DNA of 64,000 bases from Spizellomyces punctatus DAOM BR117 (Eukaryota): NCBI GenBank assembly GCA_000182565.2, contig KQ257460.1; one strand, written 5' to 3'. Shown here one piece after another: positions 43,081 through 56,333 of the stretch. The notes beneath the pieces were generated by a model. That model did no database searches. It had not been told where the DNA came from and saw only the letters and a list, made by a program, of their open reading frames with translations. How positions within the stretch are numbered: the first letter of the stretch is position 1; every line of letters begins with the position of its first letter. The position numbers and the translations under genes were made by a program.

Positions 43081-43702
43081 ATGGCCCCTCCCAAACAGGA
43101 AGTTGATGTTTCGGTGCGTTTCGTTTCTCTCTGTGTTTATTGAGATGGCGGACGGCGTGTAGTGGCCCAAGGCCGATAGTGGATACACGCTTCCGATAGC
43201 CCTTTATTTTATTCTGGCGTGTTATCTCTGCCGCATGAATGTAGGGAGAAATTGAAAGTCAGAATTGAGAGAGCGGGGATCAAGTTTGAATTTGATCGTA
43301 GAACACCCATTTAATATAGCTCTTCGTTGGACTTTCCAGAAACTCAGTCCAGAAGATAAGGCATTTTTCGAAAAGTATGGTCGTCTCCCTCCAGCGAAAA
43401 AGCAAGTACTAAGTCAAAGATTGAAGGTGAGAAGCTAGTTGCGGTTGTCCCATCCGTGCGTTAAGAAAATTGACAACACACAACATTCGTATTAGGGCGG
43501 AGATCGCAAGTATTTTGATTCTGGTGATTACGCCCTTTCCAAAGCTGGAAAATCTTCATCCGATGAAGTAGGATCGCAGCATCCTTCACCAGAACGGATT
43601 CCACATTCTGTGCCGCCGAATTTGAAGAAGGATGCCAATCCACCCAAGGAATCAAGCTTGATTCATGAAGCAAAGGTGGAAGGAACAGGGGCTGCGCAAT
43701 AG
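43081..43702 (+). CDS. IGO1: Endosulfine / ARPP-19 family protein (missed by the ORF track)
   Basis: Three exons: MAPPKQEVDVS/KLSPEDKAFFEKYGRLPPAKKQVLSQRLK/GGDRKYFDSGDYALSKAG, with the Greatwall/Rim15 site FDSGDY. Confidence 0.93.
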
Positions 43703-44095
43703 GTTGCTTTGGGTCTGATAGACATGTGAGGCTGTCCTACGAGGAAGGGCATGTGGAATGCATTCGATGAAAGAGTCTAGTTTTTTGTTTTGGGTTCTCT
43801 GAAAATGGTTTAAACCTATGCAGCTCGTTGTCTGCACTTGAATAAGAGCAACTCCTGTTTGAACAAAATATTCACTGCTGGGTAAAGATATATTACAAAT
43901 ACATCCACAACATGTATTGATATTTCGTTAAATGCAGTCAACGGTGTCAAACAAAAGGACAGAAGAACATAAATAATATCCAAAAACAAGAGGTATTTGA
44001 AAAGTTCAACCTAAGAAACCCATATCCAATCACTTCATTTCTAACTTGATGTACGAAATTGTCACTTAATATCTTGTTAAAATCTAAGCCCATAA

Positions 44096-45037
44096 TTAAC
44101 CGACGAGAACAGGGGCCACAGGTATTGGATCAGTGATGCGATCAAGATCATGTTCAAGTATGGATGACCCGGCGCGCAGACGATGAGTGACAAATGGCCG
44201 GGGAAGGTGACGAGTAGATCGAGATCCCCACGTCTCTTCAGTAACGTATTTGTCATCCTCGCGAGATGTAACTTCAGCCGAAACTTGTGCTTCAGGTTTG
44301 ATAGATTGTATAGGATGGCAAGCGGTAGTAGTACTGGGAACCATCTTTCGCAATTTCTCCTTCCTCATCCTGATTTGCTGCTGGACCCATCCTTTGAACC
44401 AAAGCAAATGCATTGGTAGGACACCCAGTAAAAACCAGTAGAATTGTCGGTCAGGCCACGCCCTCCAAATCTCATAAACAAAATAGATGTGCAAACAGAT
44501 CCTCGTTGTAAAGAATGTCGCACCAAAGAGCGCATCGCTACGCCAGGCTTTGTTGATCCTTCCAATGGCCATAACAAGGGTAGGAAGTTCCAGGATAGAG
44601 AGCGTGCAAAATCCTCCAGGAACGTGGTAGGTAACCAGAGAGGTTACCATCCACGCATACAACGAGTGATGAACGTATCCCGACAAGGGGTGGACCTCAC
44701 TCCGATAGAACAGGGTGCCCAGGAGTAGGTCAGTTACGCAGTAAGATGCAAAGAATCCACACAGTCCAATCGCAAAGGCGGAATCCATGAGAGATACATC
44801 CGCAAGGGAGTTAGAACCGGTGAAGAAGGAGTAATGGAAAGGGAGCGAGCTAGAGGTCATGACAAGAGCGGTGAGGCCTGTAACTATCCATGCACGCTGT
44901 TTTTCGGTGGCGAAAAGAGTTGGGAATAGAGAGGGTAGAGTAAAGAAGGCTGCGCTCAGCGCAAGCGCGCCGCAGCCAAAGGGAACATGAAAGCGTGGGT
45001 CGGAGAGTACGTCCAAATATGAGAGAGAAGTTGCCAT
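44096..45037 (-). CDS. TLC (TRAM/LAG1/CLN8) domain membrane protein, intronless
   Basis: Multiple TMs; YCVTDLLLG, GYVHHSLY, LELPT, FGATFFTTRI, MHLLWF. Confidence 0.85.
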   Translation of the reverse strand: MATSLSYLDVLSDPRFHVPFGCGALALSAAFFTLPSLFPTLFATEKQRAWIVTGLTALVMTSSSLPFHYSFFTGSNSLADVSLMDSAFAIGLCGFFASYCVTDLLLGTLFYRSEVHPLSGYVHHSLYAWMVTSLVTYHVPGGFCTLSILELPTLVMAIGRINKAWRSDALFGATFFTTRICLHIYFVYEIWRAWPDRQFYWFLLGVLPMHLLWFKGWVQQQIRMRKEKLRKMVPSTTTACHPIQSIKPEAQVSAEVTSREDDKYVTEETWGSRSTRHLPRPFVTHRLRAGSSILEHDLDRITDPIPVAPVLVG

Positions 45038-46706
45038 TTGTTGGAAAAAGGCTTAACGTTGGAGTTGGAGGGGGTAATTGGAGCGAAAAAAAACAAAAAG
45101 GCAATCGTTGGAGAGTTGGCCGAGGAATGCAAAAGATGGCCTTTTGAACAACGACGACCTTTTTATTCCTTTCCTGCTGCGGTGCTTCCCCCCGAGCCCA
45201 AAACCAAGCCGTATCGCCAAAGTGTGGCCCCAAAACGAAGCGCGAGCGAGTTCCATCGACACGTGTGCGAGGCACCGGTGAGGCGCATGCAGCTGAGTAA
45301 GCAAACAATGGCGTGTTATTCCGCCCACCAGCGTTATTCCAGAAGGCGATGGACGCAATGTAGGATATCCTATTTACAGTAATCAAACTGGAATAATATC
45401 AATAATGTGTTCATCAACAATTATGCATGATTGGGTCTAAAGGACTTTTATAGCATTCGGGATTCAAATTCGCCATGCACTTGACCAAACGGTCATCATC
45501 CATCATTGGTTGTTTGGTATCAGCAGAGAGTGTAACTTAAGTAAAAAGATATACTATACAGTGACCGAACGTGCTTCATAGCTCGCAAGTAGTTGCTTTG
45601 CATCCTTCACCTCGAAAAGCATATCGATCAATGGTAGCAAGACCTCAAGGGTCCCGTTCAGTCCGCCCGGTCGCGTTCAGTCCGCCCACGGGCCTTGGAC
45701 CTACATTACAATTCGTCAATTTTCCACAATTACAATCTGACTAGTTGATAAAGTAGCTTTGAAACTGAGAAACCTTTTGGCAGAATATGCAAATATCTTT
45801 CATCATCCCATCTTCGTTTTCCATCAGCCAAACCTTTTCATATGGCGAAACGTTCATTCATATCATAGTCTTCTACTTGAGGTTGTCAGATTCTTGGATG
45901 GCCGATAGGATATTGATCCCATTGATCCCATCTCCATTGCCTTCTCAGAATCCGAAACCAAGTTCAGTTTTCCCTTTTGGGCTGAATGACGGATGGGCAA
46001 CAACTGAAACCAGTATTGCTGCAGCCACCGCAGCTACACACAAGCCCGCGATAAAGCGGACAAAAGGAATATATGCATAATAACTTACTCAAGCTGACCC
46101 GTCTCATTATTTATCATACTCCCATTGTCATATCTGGGCAAAAGTGATTCACCAATCTCGGAGAAAAGGATTAATGGCAGGATGAGTGGAGTGAAGCACA
46201 TTCCATATGAGCAAAATCATCATCCCCAACGCCATTCATTCCCTCGTCACTGTCCGTCACCCGAAAGGGCCAGGACGATAACTACGTCGGATGACAACCT
46301 TTTTGCAGAATTCGAGGACTTTAGAGTTTATTTAAAAGTCTTGATTGGGCAGTTCGCCAGCTATCGAAGATGACGAGGATAGAAACATTTCATTTTTGAT
46401 TAGGAAGTTGGTAGACCACCGGGGCCTGGTAGTGGTTTTACATTTGCAACGGAGTAATGTTCAAAGGAAATCATCGCAAGGCAGCTGAGGATGGTTGATA
46501 AATATTCTCCGACTTGGTAACCCTGCAATTGATCGGGAAATGAGAGTCGGAGTCTGGTGCAAGAAATCCCCCTAAATTCCCCCATAATACGTGCCATTTA
46601 TCCCGCGGCATCGTCTTACTCAGACGACTACTCAGACGACGACTCTCACCTTATTGTTGAAATCAAATCGGTTGTCAATTCGTGTCTGTGTAAAGTGGTC
46701 GCCACG

Positions 46707-48322
46707 ATGGCTCCAAATTTGGAGGGACCGGTAATGTCTGCCAACGCCGGAAACATTCCTACCGTCACTCCATTGGCATATACTGCTTCCGGTCGTGCAA
46801 CTACAAATGTCCTTTTAGTCAAGGATTATGTCGGCAAAACCCGTCCATCTGTATACAGTCTGCCGGGCCTGAACCATGTGTATGGCAAAAGAGTTGAGAG
46901 AGACCCCAATGAGTCCACTGCTACAGGTATGTCCATTACGGGTAAGCCTCGGAACAGCTTCTAATTTTCTTCACAAAGTTCTTCAGCACTGGCATGTTCG
47001 TGCCCTTTCCAAAGACTCAGCGCCAGCTCTGGACTACATTGCGATGAATCGCAACAGCGCCAAGCAAGGTATAATCAACCCCAAAGCCATTCGGACCTAT
47101 CGGAAGCTTCATCCGGTCCATGTCGGCACGGAGGAGCATCATCTAGGCGGTCTCAAGACTATGAACGGCGGGAACGCTTTGTACAGGAAGGCTCCCTTAC
47201 CTAGTGACCACGATCAGTGGTTTACATATGGAAAGCCCACCAGGTTTGCATCTTTGAAAATGTCATTGGCTGAGTGAGATTCTAAACACAATTGATTTCT
47301 TTCAGACCGTCAACCCCCGTCGCGGCTCTGATGACCGACAAGTATCAACGAGAATGGTTGGAACAGCAGGAGGCAAACGAGAAAACGAGTCTTCCCAAGG
47401 TGAATTTTGAGTGGAGAAAGAATTTGGAGGGGTAGCCGACTTCTAATACAAATACATCCTTTCATTTTGACAGGTAAAAGCCAAGAAGAAGAAGCAGGTT
47501 AACTCTGTTCAACAGCGGTCTCAAAAGGCTGCCCCTCTCACAACACTCTCCATCGCGGAGCGCGATCCTTGGAGTCTTTGGAAAATGAGTCGTTTCCAAA
47601 AAGTGCCTGCTGATATTAACAGCTGGAGGTCAAAGGACGATCCTGCGATGAACTTTGAACCACACCCCAAGCCTGTATTCCGCGTGGTCAACGACAAATG
47701 GCTCGGCGTTCAGCCTCGTGAACTCACCCGTCCAATCTATATGCAAGACGATCTGGAGGCACAGGCCGCCGCCGTTGCTGCACAGCCGTACAAGCCTAAA
47801 AGCGGTGGAAAAAAGAAGGCCAAATCAACAGGAAAAGAAGTCCGCTTCGCCATTCGTGACTGGAAAGATTCGGAGGGGAACGTAGCCGTGTCAGCAACTG
47901 TTTCACCCTCTGTGGAGATTCCTTCTGGAGCCGTCAAAGAATCAAACATCACGACAACAGAAGTGCAAACCAGTCCAGCGTCGGTCACGACCAAAAAAAC
48001 CGAAGTTCAAAAGACTTTGACTGGAGCGTCCTTCAAATCTGAAGTGTCTCACACCTACCCCACCGCGGAAACGTCAACGATTCAGTCTACAGAACAGAAG
48101 AACGGTGAGGTGCCAAAGACGGTTGTCACCGAGGTCGCAAAAGATCCCGCGACCGGACTTCAGTTCGCTGAGACCTATGTGCCTGGCACGGCACCTGGTC
48201 CTGACGGCAAGCCCGCGGTTGTAACCTCGGGTATTGTGAAGAAAGAAGACATGAAGGAGCTTCCTGCTCTTCCCCAAAGGACGGGACAATATGCTGCTGT
48301 AGAGGGAACGATCAAAGTTTAG
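46707..48322 (+). CDS. CFAP77: Cilia- and flagella-associated protein 77-like (DUF4483)
   Basis: NVLLVKDYVGKTRPSVYSLPGLNHVYG, DYIAMNRNSAKQG, FTYGKPTR/PSTPVAALMTDKYQREW, WKMSRFQKV match recalled CFAP77 blocks. Confidence 0.8.
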
Positions 48323-48759
48323 TCGCCAAGATACATATTAGTGCCCAAGGGGCATAGCCTGAGATAGTCGTTTCCTGCCCTTTCTGTATAACTCGTTTGG
48401 TTTGCCAATAAATAGCTGATTTTATCCTACTTTTGCGACTGCCCTTACTTTGGTATTCAGACAAACGACACAACCACATGTTACCACTATATACAGACAC
48501 CATTTTTATGAACTCGAGAAGGTTAGGAGAGGGGATGAACCATTCTCTCCACACGCTATAATACTATGTGTAAGGCATATGCACTCGGAAGGTTCCCATT
48601 CTGTTGGAAGGCATATCATTCCGGGAGGCAAGTTAGCTTTGTCCATTCGTAGTACCAGTCCAAAGACGGGACCTGGGCTGCACGAAACGCTGTCATTTTG
48701 GATTCAATAAGACAGAAACGATGCCTATCCAGCTTGGCAATTGGAGGGTGGTGATACCC

Positions 48760-50948
48760 TTAGATCAATTGAAGCAAGATATTAGAACAACTTCTGAGCG
48801 CCAGGTGAGTGAGGAGGATCTTACCACATCGTTTTGGTGGTTCATCCGACCATTTCCTCAAACCCTCTTCTTGTCCAATCTTCACCACCTTTGCAACAAT
48901 CCGCCCGTTCCTTCTGACAGCACCGGCAGTTCCAAGCAACCGGTCACAGCAGGACAGATTCAGTCTCTTTAACGATCGTGCCTTCTTTACAAACCCATAA
49001 ATGACTCTAGGATCGACCAAGGCTGGACAATGAGATAGATCCACGTCTACCACGTTCGGTGCAATCTTATGTAAGATACGCACGCAATCGTCTGTTATTG
49101 CACCGATTTGACACAAGCCGAGCGTGCGAAGTGCAGGGGCAGCGACCAAGTTCATGGGACATCTGCTAGCTTCGGGACACGGTATGTCTTCAATCTTCAG
49201 CAGCCGCGGGCGAACGTCGAGACAGAACGCAAGATGTCGCTTCTGTTCTGGGTCAAGTGCCGAGCAAGCCAATCGCTTGTGTTTGAGCAAGCTGTACAAA
49301 TGGAATAGGCGAAGTCCGCGATTGTATGCCAGGCAGAGGAAGCGAAGTTTCGGGCATTTGACAAATAGCGGAGCCGCTCCGACTGCTGTCACTCGACAGT
49401 GTGATAAATCCAAATGGACCAGTTCATGACAATGTTCTGCAACAGCTGCTGCAAACTCATCATCAACCTGACCCGTTGACGCTAAAACCAATCGGGTGAT
49501 ATGTGATAGAGCTGGTGCCACAATACTCGAAACAGTAGGCGAGCCCGATATCTCCAGCGTTTCGATTGTTGGAAATCTAGCTAGAATGCGCGGTAGATGT
49601 GTATCTATTTCTTCTCCACTGCACATTGACAATCCGAGTGTCTTGAAATTTGAGCATGGTGGACGTTTTAGCAGTGATTCAAGCACAGGATGTGGACTGT
49701 TTTGATCAGCCGCCGGGCCAAAACGGGGATAGACAAAGCAAGGAAGTTTGATATGCTCAAGTTGAACACACTTTGCGATGATGACCGTCAGTGACTTTTG
49801 AGTCAGCATAAAACTAGAAGCAAGGAATTCAACCGCAAGATACCAAACTTGTGATAAGAGTCTCTAGCTTACCAGTCTTCGAGATCCAATGTTCTCAGTT
49901 CGGTGCAGAAAACTCCCAGAAATAACACACCCAGATCGCCAATGTTACATGCGGTCATGATCAATTCTCTCAATCTTCTGTTCCCCTCCTCAGCAAGGAC
50001 TGCGACACCCTTATCTCCAACTAAAAGACAATGAGACACATCCAACTTCCTCAACTTTTTACATCCGCGTGCTAGAGCGCCAATGCCATCGTCCGTGACC
50101 AGATACCCATTCGCAAGCGACAGTTCTTCGAGTGTTTTCCCGCAACTCTTGACAATCTTGAATATTGCATCGTCTCGTAGCCAACCAGCCGAATAAGACA
50201 AGTCTAATCGCTTCAAATTAGGTAACGCTTCGCCAGCTAGCGAAATGACGCGGACCCAACGGCGACGGAGACACCAACGAGCCAGTCCATTTGCCATCCC
50301 ACCGGAGCCACCAAACTTCAATGGAGGTTCGTCCGGGAGCAGACCGACAGCGCCCAATTTAATTGCTCGCACGAGTGGGAGATTGGAGGTAGGTGCATGT
50401 ACTTCACTCTGCTTTTTACCTCTCGTGTTCCTCTGTTGCCTTCTGGACGCCGAATCAAACACGCTTCCCAACCTTTTCATTGACCAATGCGAAGATGGAT
50501 CTAATGATTCCCATAGGTGCAATGAAACGATACGATGCCATCGCGCACAAACCAGGCTACAGCTTGCCAAGTCTGCCGGTCGATGACTGGTATAACGAAA
50601 TATATCATCCAGAATCTCGTCAGGAAGTCGCATGGCTGGAGATGGCATTTTATGATGCACAGGTTTGATCCCAGTACCCACAAAGACATCCAACCGCTTT
50701 TTGCAAACTTTTTGAAAGTATTTCATCTGTGCAATCTTCTTGCGATCGGAAAATATCTGTCGTACATTACGACCATTGGCGGTTTTCATTCCCACTAGAG
50801 TCTGGGCTGATTGACGATGTTCTGAGTCTTCTAGCGTGATGACAGAGTCCGAGGTCCCACAGACGTCCTTTTCATCAAAGGCTGGAGTATTGACTTGCAC
50901 ATCTTGTGCATGGTATGAGTGGGAGCCAGACAGGCACTGGATTTCCAT
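48760..50948 (-). CDS. F-box / leucine-rich-repeat protein (FBXL-like)
   Basis: F-box LPDEILDDIFRY...CSLVCARW followed by Cys-containing LRRs (LRKLDVSHCLLVGDKGV, LVHLDLSHC). Confidence 0.9.
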
Positions 50949-51552
50949 GGGGCCGATCGTGGGGAAGTCTCAAGGACACGGGAATCGAGGAAACTGACAA
51001 ATGGAGACAAACGCACTGACTCTCGTCATGAAAGTCCCAGTAACAGTTTTTCCTCCTTCACGAGGGTCTTTTCTGGTATGCCTTTTGGCGGTAGAAGGGG
51101 TTCTGTTTGCGCGTCTCCAAGACCGTGTTCCGCCTTACGAAATCATAAAGGTCAGCAAGTCGCGCGTACTGACGCTGACGCTGGCAGTGGCCGTTCCGTT
51201 CATCGTTCATGAACACGTCCAGACGTCAGTAAAATAGATATTTGGACAGCTATCCGTTTGATCTTGCTTTCCCTCATTTGAGAAGGTTGCATAGGATGAC
51301 GCAGACGACCATGGCAAGGGACGATCTCCCTTTTCACGTGAAAGGGCGGGGAAACCCTTTCCATCGGTACAGCGGCTATGATCAATTTCCAACTGATCTG
51401 ACACTGGCACTTTACGACATTTTCAGTTCAAAACTAAACCTGGAAAGCATCTAACGATTTCTCTTGCCCCCGTAAATCCACATTATGCAAAATATAATAG
51501 TGTGTTCTTGAAATAGTCTACCAGTCTTTGTACCTAATTACTTACGGCGAAT

Positions 51553-53874
51553 CTAACTAACGTCCGCCTTGAGGAACGTCAATAGTCCCCCCACCAAGTA
51601 CAAGCTGCCTGTCACTAGAACGCGAGGATGTACAGCTTGGACTTTTGAGTAATAACGAGAAATGGATTCCACCGCATCTTCAATACTTGGTTGAATTTCA
51701 ATCTCTGCAACAACTCCATTCACCCCCGTATCTGATCCAATTAAAGTTTTCCATGCGTCTGCCAGCTCCTTTTGGATAGATAATTCGTCATCTGGCAGGA
51801 CTGTATAATTTGTTTGGTCCATTTCTTTTGATTGAACACAAAAAAAGAATGAGTGGGAAAGATCATTGGTGATGATGAAAAACAGTTTCGTCAGTACTTG
51901 TTTGTCCAGATCCCGGTCGATATGAATCATTCGTGCAAAAGACGACGCGCGAAAACGGTACAGAACTTTTGTGAAGTTCTACCAACGCTTTGAGAAGAGT
52001 CAACCCGTCCCGACCCTTTGTGCAATTAAAGAGCAAAACCTGCTCTCCGTGTCTTTTGTTGGGAATTAGTTCCGAGGGTGAACTACGGAGCAAGAAACAC
52101 CATTTCTTACCGTCCCTCTGCTTCTGTTTCCCGATACTCATCATTAAACCAGTCTGCACAGACCTTCAGCTTTGAAATCAATATTCGTGCTCATAAGGCC
52201 TGGTAACAACAATCGACTCACCAGCATGCTCTCTTTCGTATGTGCTCCGTCCAGATACCAGGTAATGGAAGGGTAATCAGAAGCAACAAACTTTTGAGCG
52301 CGTCCCGGCCATTTAGCATTCCGAAGGCCGTTCTTCACTGCATCGTCTCCGCCCACAATTTGCACACCCGCACTCCGTCGTTGCGCGATCCACTCTTTAC
52401 ACAATGCTACGGCAAGGGCCGCATTTACCCATTGATATGACCCAGACATCCCTAGATGACGAAAAGATCAGGAACCACCTTTGAAGGGGGGAATGCACCA
52501 GTTTCATACCGAGTTGACTGTTTCCCATTGCGGCGATTTCGGTAGCGCTGATTTCCACTAGTGATGATGCCTATTCAACGCAGTAAGCGCCTTCTGCGTG
52601 ACGTCAAAGTGAATGCAAAATAACGCTCACGTTAAGCTCCTTCGCACGTTCACGAAGCACAGGCATGGCTTCTTCCGCCTGCGGAACCGAGAATGCAGGC
52701 ACACCTGGCTACTTGAAGATTATGCTCAACGTTCCAGACCGCAACGTAGTCTTCACGCGGTACCTTCATTATGCCCGCCTTGTGCCAGGCTATCTCTGGC
52801 AAGGTTTTGCCCAATAATGGCATGTGGTCAAATCCAAGTGATGTGATACCGCAAACTGTCGGCTTCTCGATCACACTGGTAGCATCATATTGCCCACCCA
52901 TTCCGACTTCCAAAAGTACCACGTCGACCTAGCATTATTTTAAAGGTTTTAATTCTCCAAGGTATATGACGAACCGCTATACCCATAAGCATCCTCTGTT
53001 ACTTACCCCTTCACGCATGAACGTATGGAAAGCCATTAATGTAAGATAGCGAAAATATTGAGGCTTGTCTGGTTCATCCGCACTCTCTGGCTACAACATG
53101 ATGTCTTGTTCAGAGGGACAGCACAACTGGCAACTCCATCAATCACCACAACCTACACACCTTTGTCTTTTCTAAGGCGTCCCATACTTCAAAGAAATAT
53201 TTGGCAAATAGATGCTTTTCTATTGGTTTGCCGTTGATCCGTATGCGCTCCCGGACTTCAATCAAGTGCGGCGATGTAAACAAGCCTGAGAGCCACGAAG
53301 GGATTAATAACCAACTTTGTTCTTTCCTCCAAGTCAGCAGGCTAGCCCAACCAGTTTTCAGTGGTCTTGTAATATTATTCTCGGTGATTTGTACGTTGCG
53401 TAGAATGGCATCGCATATGGCCGATGTCGATCCTTTGCCCTTCGTTCCCGCAACGTGTATAGCGTTAAGCTTGTTGAACTCGTGAACCTACGTTGACAAC
53501 CATCAAATGTCCGCGTTCTTGTCCGCTGTAAAGCGCGTGTAAAAATGCTGACCTTGTAGCCAATACGCTCCACAAATCGTCTCATTTCTGGTATACTTCT
53601 GTAATTCATACTATTCCCTGACTTTCGTAAGACCTCCAGCAGTCGTGCGTTGGTTTGCAGGTTATTGAGCGTTGACACAGCGGCCTATGGTTTCTTTTCA
53701 GCGACTAGGGCATAATTCTTCAAGCAAGAAGCCTTCATTTACCTCATAGCTTTTATCTTCCGAAAGCGACATGGTTGTAAGAAAGCGCTTGCGGGCAAAG
53801 ACCCGAAATGTAGGTGGGTCTGGTCGTGCTCGAACGGTGGTCCTAAGAAATGTCACCTTCCACCTAAAAGACAT
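51553..53874 (-). CDS. MET7: Folylpolyglutamate synthase
   Basis: [72 protein letters not shown]. Confidence 0.93.
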
Positions 53875-54282
53875 ATACAAGTAGAGTATGCTCTAGACGC
53901 TACGCGCGGTAAGCTCCCAATGGCCGTGTGCTGCTGCTCTCGGGTCAATGACCGGACGTTGTAAATGAAGGTGGGGAATCGTAGGGATGGCAAAAAGGTT
54001 TGTAGGTCTGGGGAGATGGGGATAACGTCGCGATATGACTGTGCCCTTGTCATTCAGCTATTTTAGGCTTAATGTGAGGCACAGCCCTTGCTTCCATAAG
54101 CGCCGATCACTTTCAGTGTTAACGTGGGAGAAAGCATCTGCACACGAACTCGTCTTGAACGAAGATGCTCGCCCAAGCAAGTGGCCGCGGATCCAAGGTT
54201 TGTGCATGAGTGCATTACTGGACTTTCAGCTGAGGAGGAGGATACTCACGATGTCATAACAAAGCAAGGGGCTGACAATAGA

Positions 54283-56333
54283 ATGGCACACGAGTTGAAG
54301 AAGGGGGTGACGAAACCACAAGATATCTCCAAACATGATGCGGATGATGAAATTATGCAACGTAAGATTGCCTAACGTCTCTATATAATCCTGCACAATC
54401 CTAACCCTCGTTTCTCTGTGCAGTACGAAGAAGATTTAAACGGCAGAATTATGAAATCATAAGGTATGTGCGAAACTTCGCCGTGTGCACATAGATATGT
54501 TCTCAGAGTATAGTCTAGAGTTAATGCTCGCTATGCAGCCCAGCTGCGCGAGCTTGAGCTTCAACGTTCGGAGCTAGCTGTATGTGATTCCGTGAGATAC
54601 AGTGTATAGACCACCATCAATTTCTTAATGCCACATAGGGCAAGATCTTCGATTTGCATGCGGAAGTCGCACGATTGACATCCGAAAACGAAAGATTGGT
54701 TCAGCTTAATGTGCAATTACAACGACAGTCCAGCCCCGAGAAATTCGAAAACCTGCAGGTATCGATCCACCGCTGGATAGTGGTCTGGATACAAGCAACC
54801 GTTTGACTTCTGATTACTCGTATAGTTATTTATTCAAATGGCACTGGAGAGTTTGGAATCCTTCCTGGACCTTATCTCGGTTAAAGCTCTACTCTTTGAA
54901 GAAAAGGTTGTCCCCGGGCTGAAAAGAATGCTGCAAGCTTCCACAGTAGGCGAAATTGGTATGCGATCTTGACAAAAAATCCGCGTCTCTCAGCGTTCTA
55001 AAGTGAGCCATATGAAGCGGACTCTTTCGCATTTTCACCTGAGCATTTAAATGAAAAACAGGATTCTACGATCGACCATTACCTGCATGTATGTGGTATC
55101 AAATATTGGTGACTCCTGAGGTTCCGCATCACGCTCATCAGGCGTCTATGCCATATGCAGAACAAATTGCCGTCAAACGATGATCTTATGCAAATTCCAA
55201 CCGAAAGAGTGCCGGACGAGGAAGGAATTCGACCGAGAATTAGGTCTTTCATATTCGTTAATCTTGAATTGCTCGTGAAATTAAAGGAACTGACAGCACC
55301 CAGCAGAAGGTCCCGATCGAACTTTGGAAATTTATCGCCTATAGCTGAGGTCGACGCGGAGGAGTCCTTCCCGTTTTTCGAAGGCACGCAGGGATCACAA
55401 TATTCTGCGAGGTAAAGCACCGATATCCACCGTCGCCGAAAGTAGGTAGAATGTAATCCCAAGTCATACCTCAGGAATCCGGGGACATTTAAATTGCGCG
55501 AGCGACAAAGGACCAGTAAAACAGCCTCATCGCGTGTTATCCAACCTATACAAAATGAATTGCAAGAAGAAAATGCGGAACCATTCCGGAAAGGGGCCGC
55601 AAAGACTACTAGGGTAACCAAGACAATAAAGGCGTCTAGCTTAGGCATAACGACACAAGATAAGTCAGATGGCGGCGGACACCAGACGAAAACGTCCAAA
55701 CAAGCATCGGTGTCTGCATTTGAAAAACAACGTCAAAATGGGGAAACAGAGACAATGGCAGGGTTTCTGGATACCGATGGCACTGGCCAAACATGGGCAG
55801 ACACGATAACATGTACAACCGAGGAAAACATGAGTATGATTTGTAGGTTACTGACAGAACATATCTATCGGCACTTCTAATTTCATTCACTTCAGCAGGA
55901 AGAACGAGGCGAAGAACCCCGATCAAAAGCTATGCGTTGCCTTCCTTACGCAGGTGAGGTGCCTCTCACTCCTGAGAATTTACCAATGTTTGTTTAACCA
56001 GTACTGCATAATTCGACAGCAAACTCAGACAAGGTGATGAAATATTCGCTTGTTACATCGTTTTCGACTTTCCATCTGTCTCAACACCAGGCTTCAGGTG
56101 ATGAATTTACCATTCCGATAGAAAGCTCAGCCCCAAGACATGGGACCACGAACAGCCGCATTCCAATATCCCTAAGGACACCACCAAAGAAATCTTCATC
56201 CCTAAGTCCTCCAAGGGGAATGCAATGGCAAAAGGAAAACGCCGATTCTTCTCTTCCAACGCCACCGAAAGGAACTGAACCTAACTTTCGTAGCGGTAGT
56301 CCGATTTTATTATCTACCATCGATACTGTATAG
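54283..56333 (+). CDS. SGO1: Shugoshin
   Basis: N-terminal coiled coil KRQNYEII/RVNARYAAQLRELE and C-terminal SGO motif RTRRRTPIKSYALPSLR/SKLRQ/GDEF. Start is approximate. Confidence 0.8.

Noticed and set aside
54400-54409. Telomere-like CCTAACCCT
   Set aside because: It lies in a short SGO1 intron and coincides with the CTAAC branch point.
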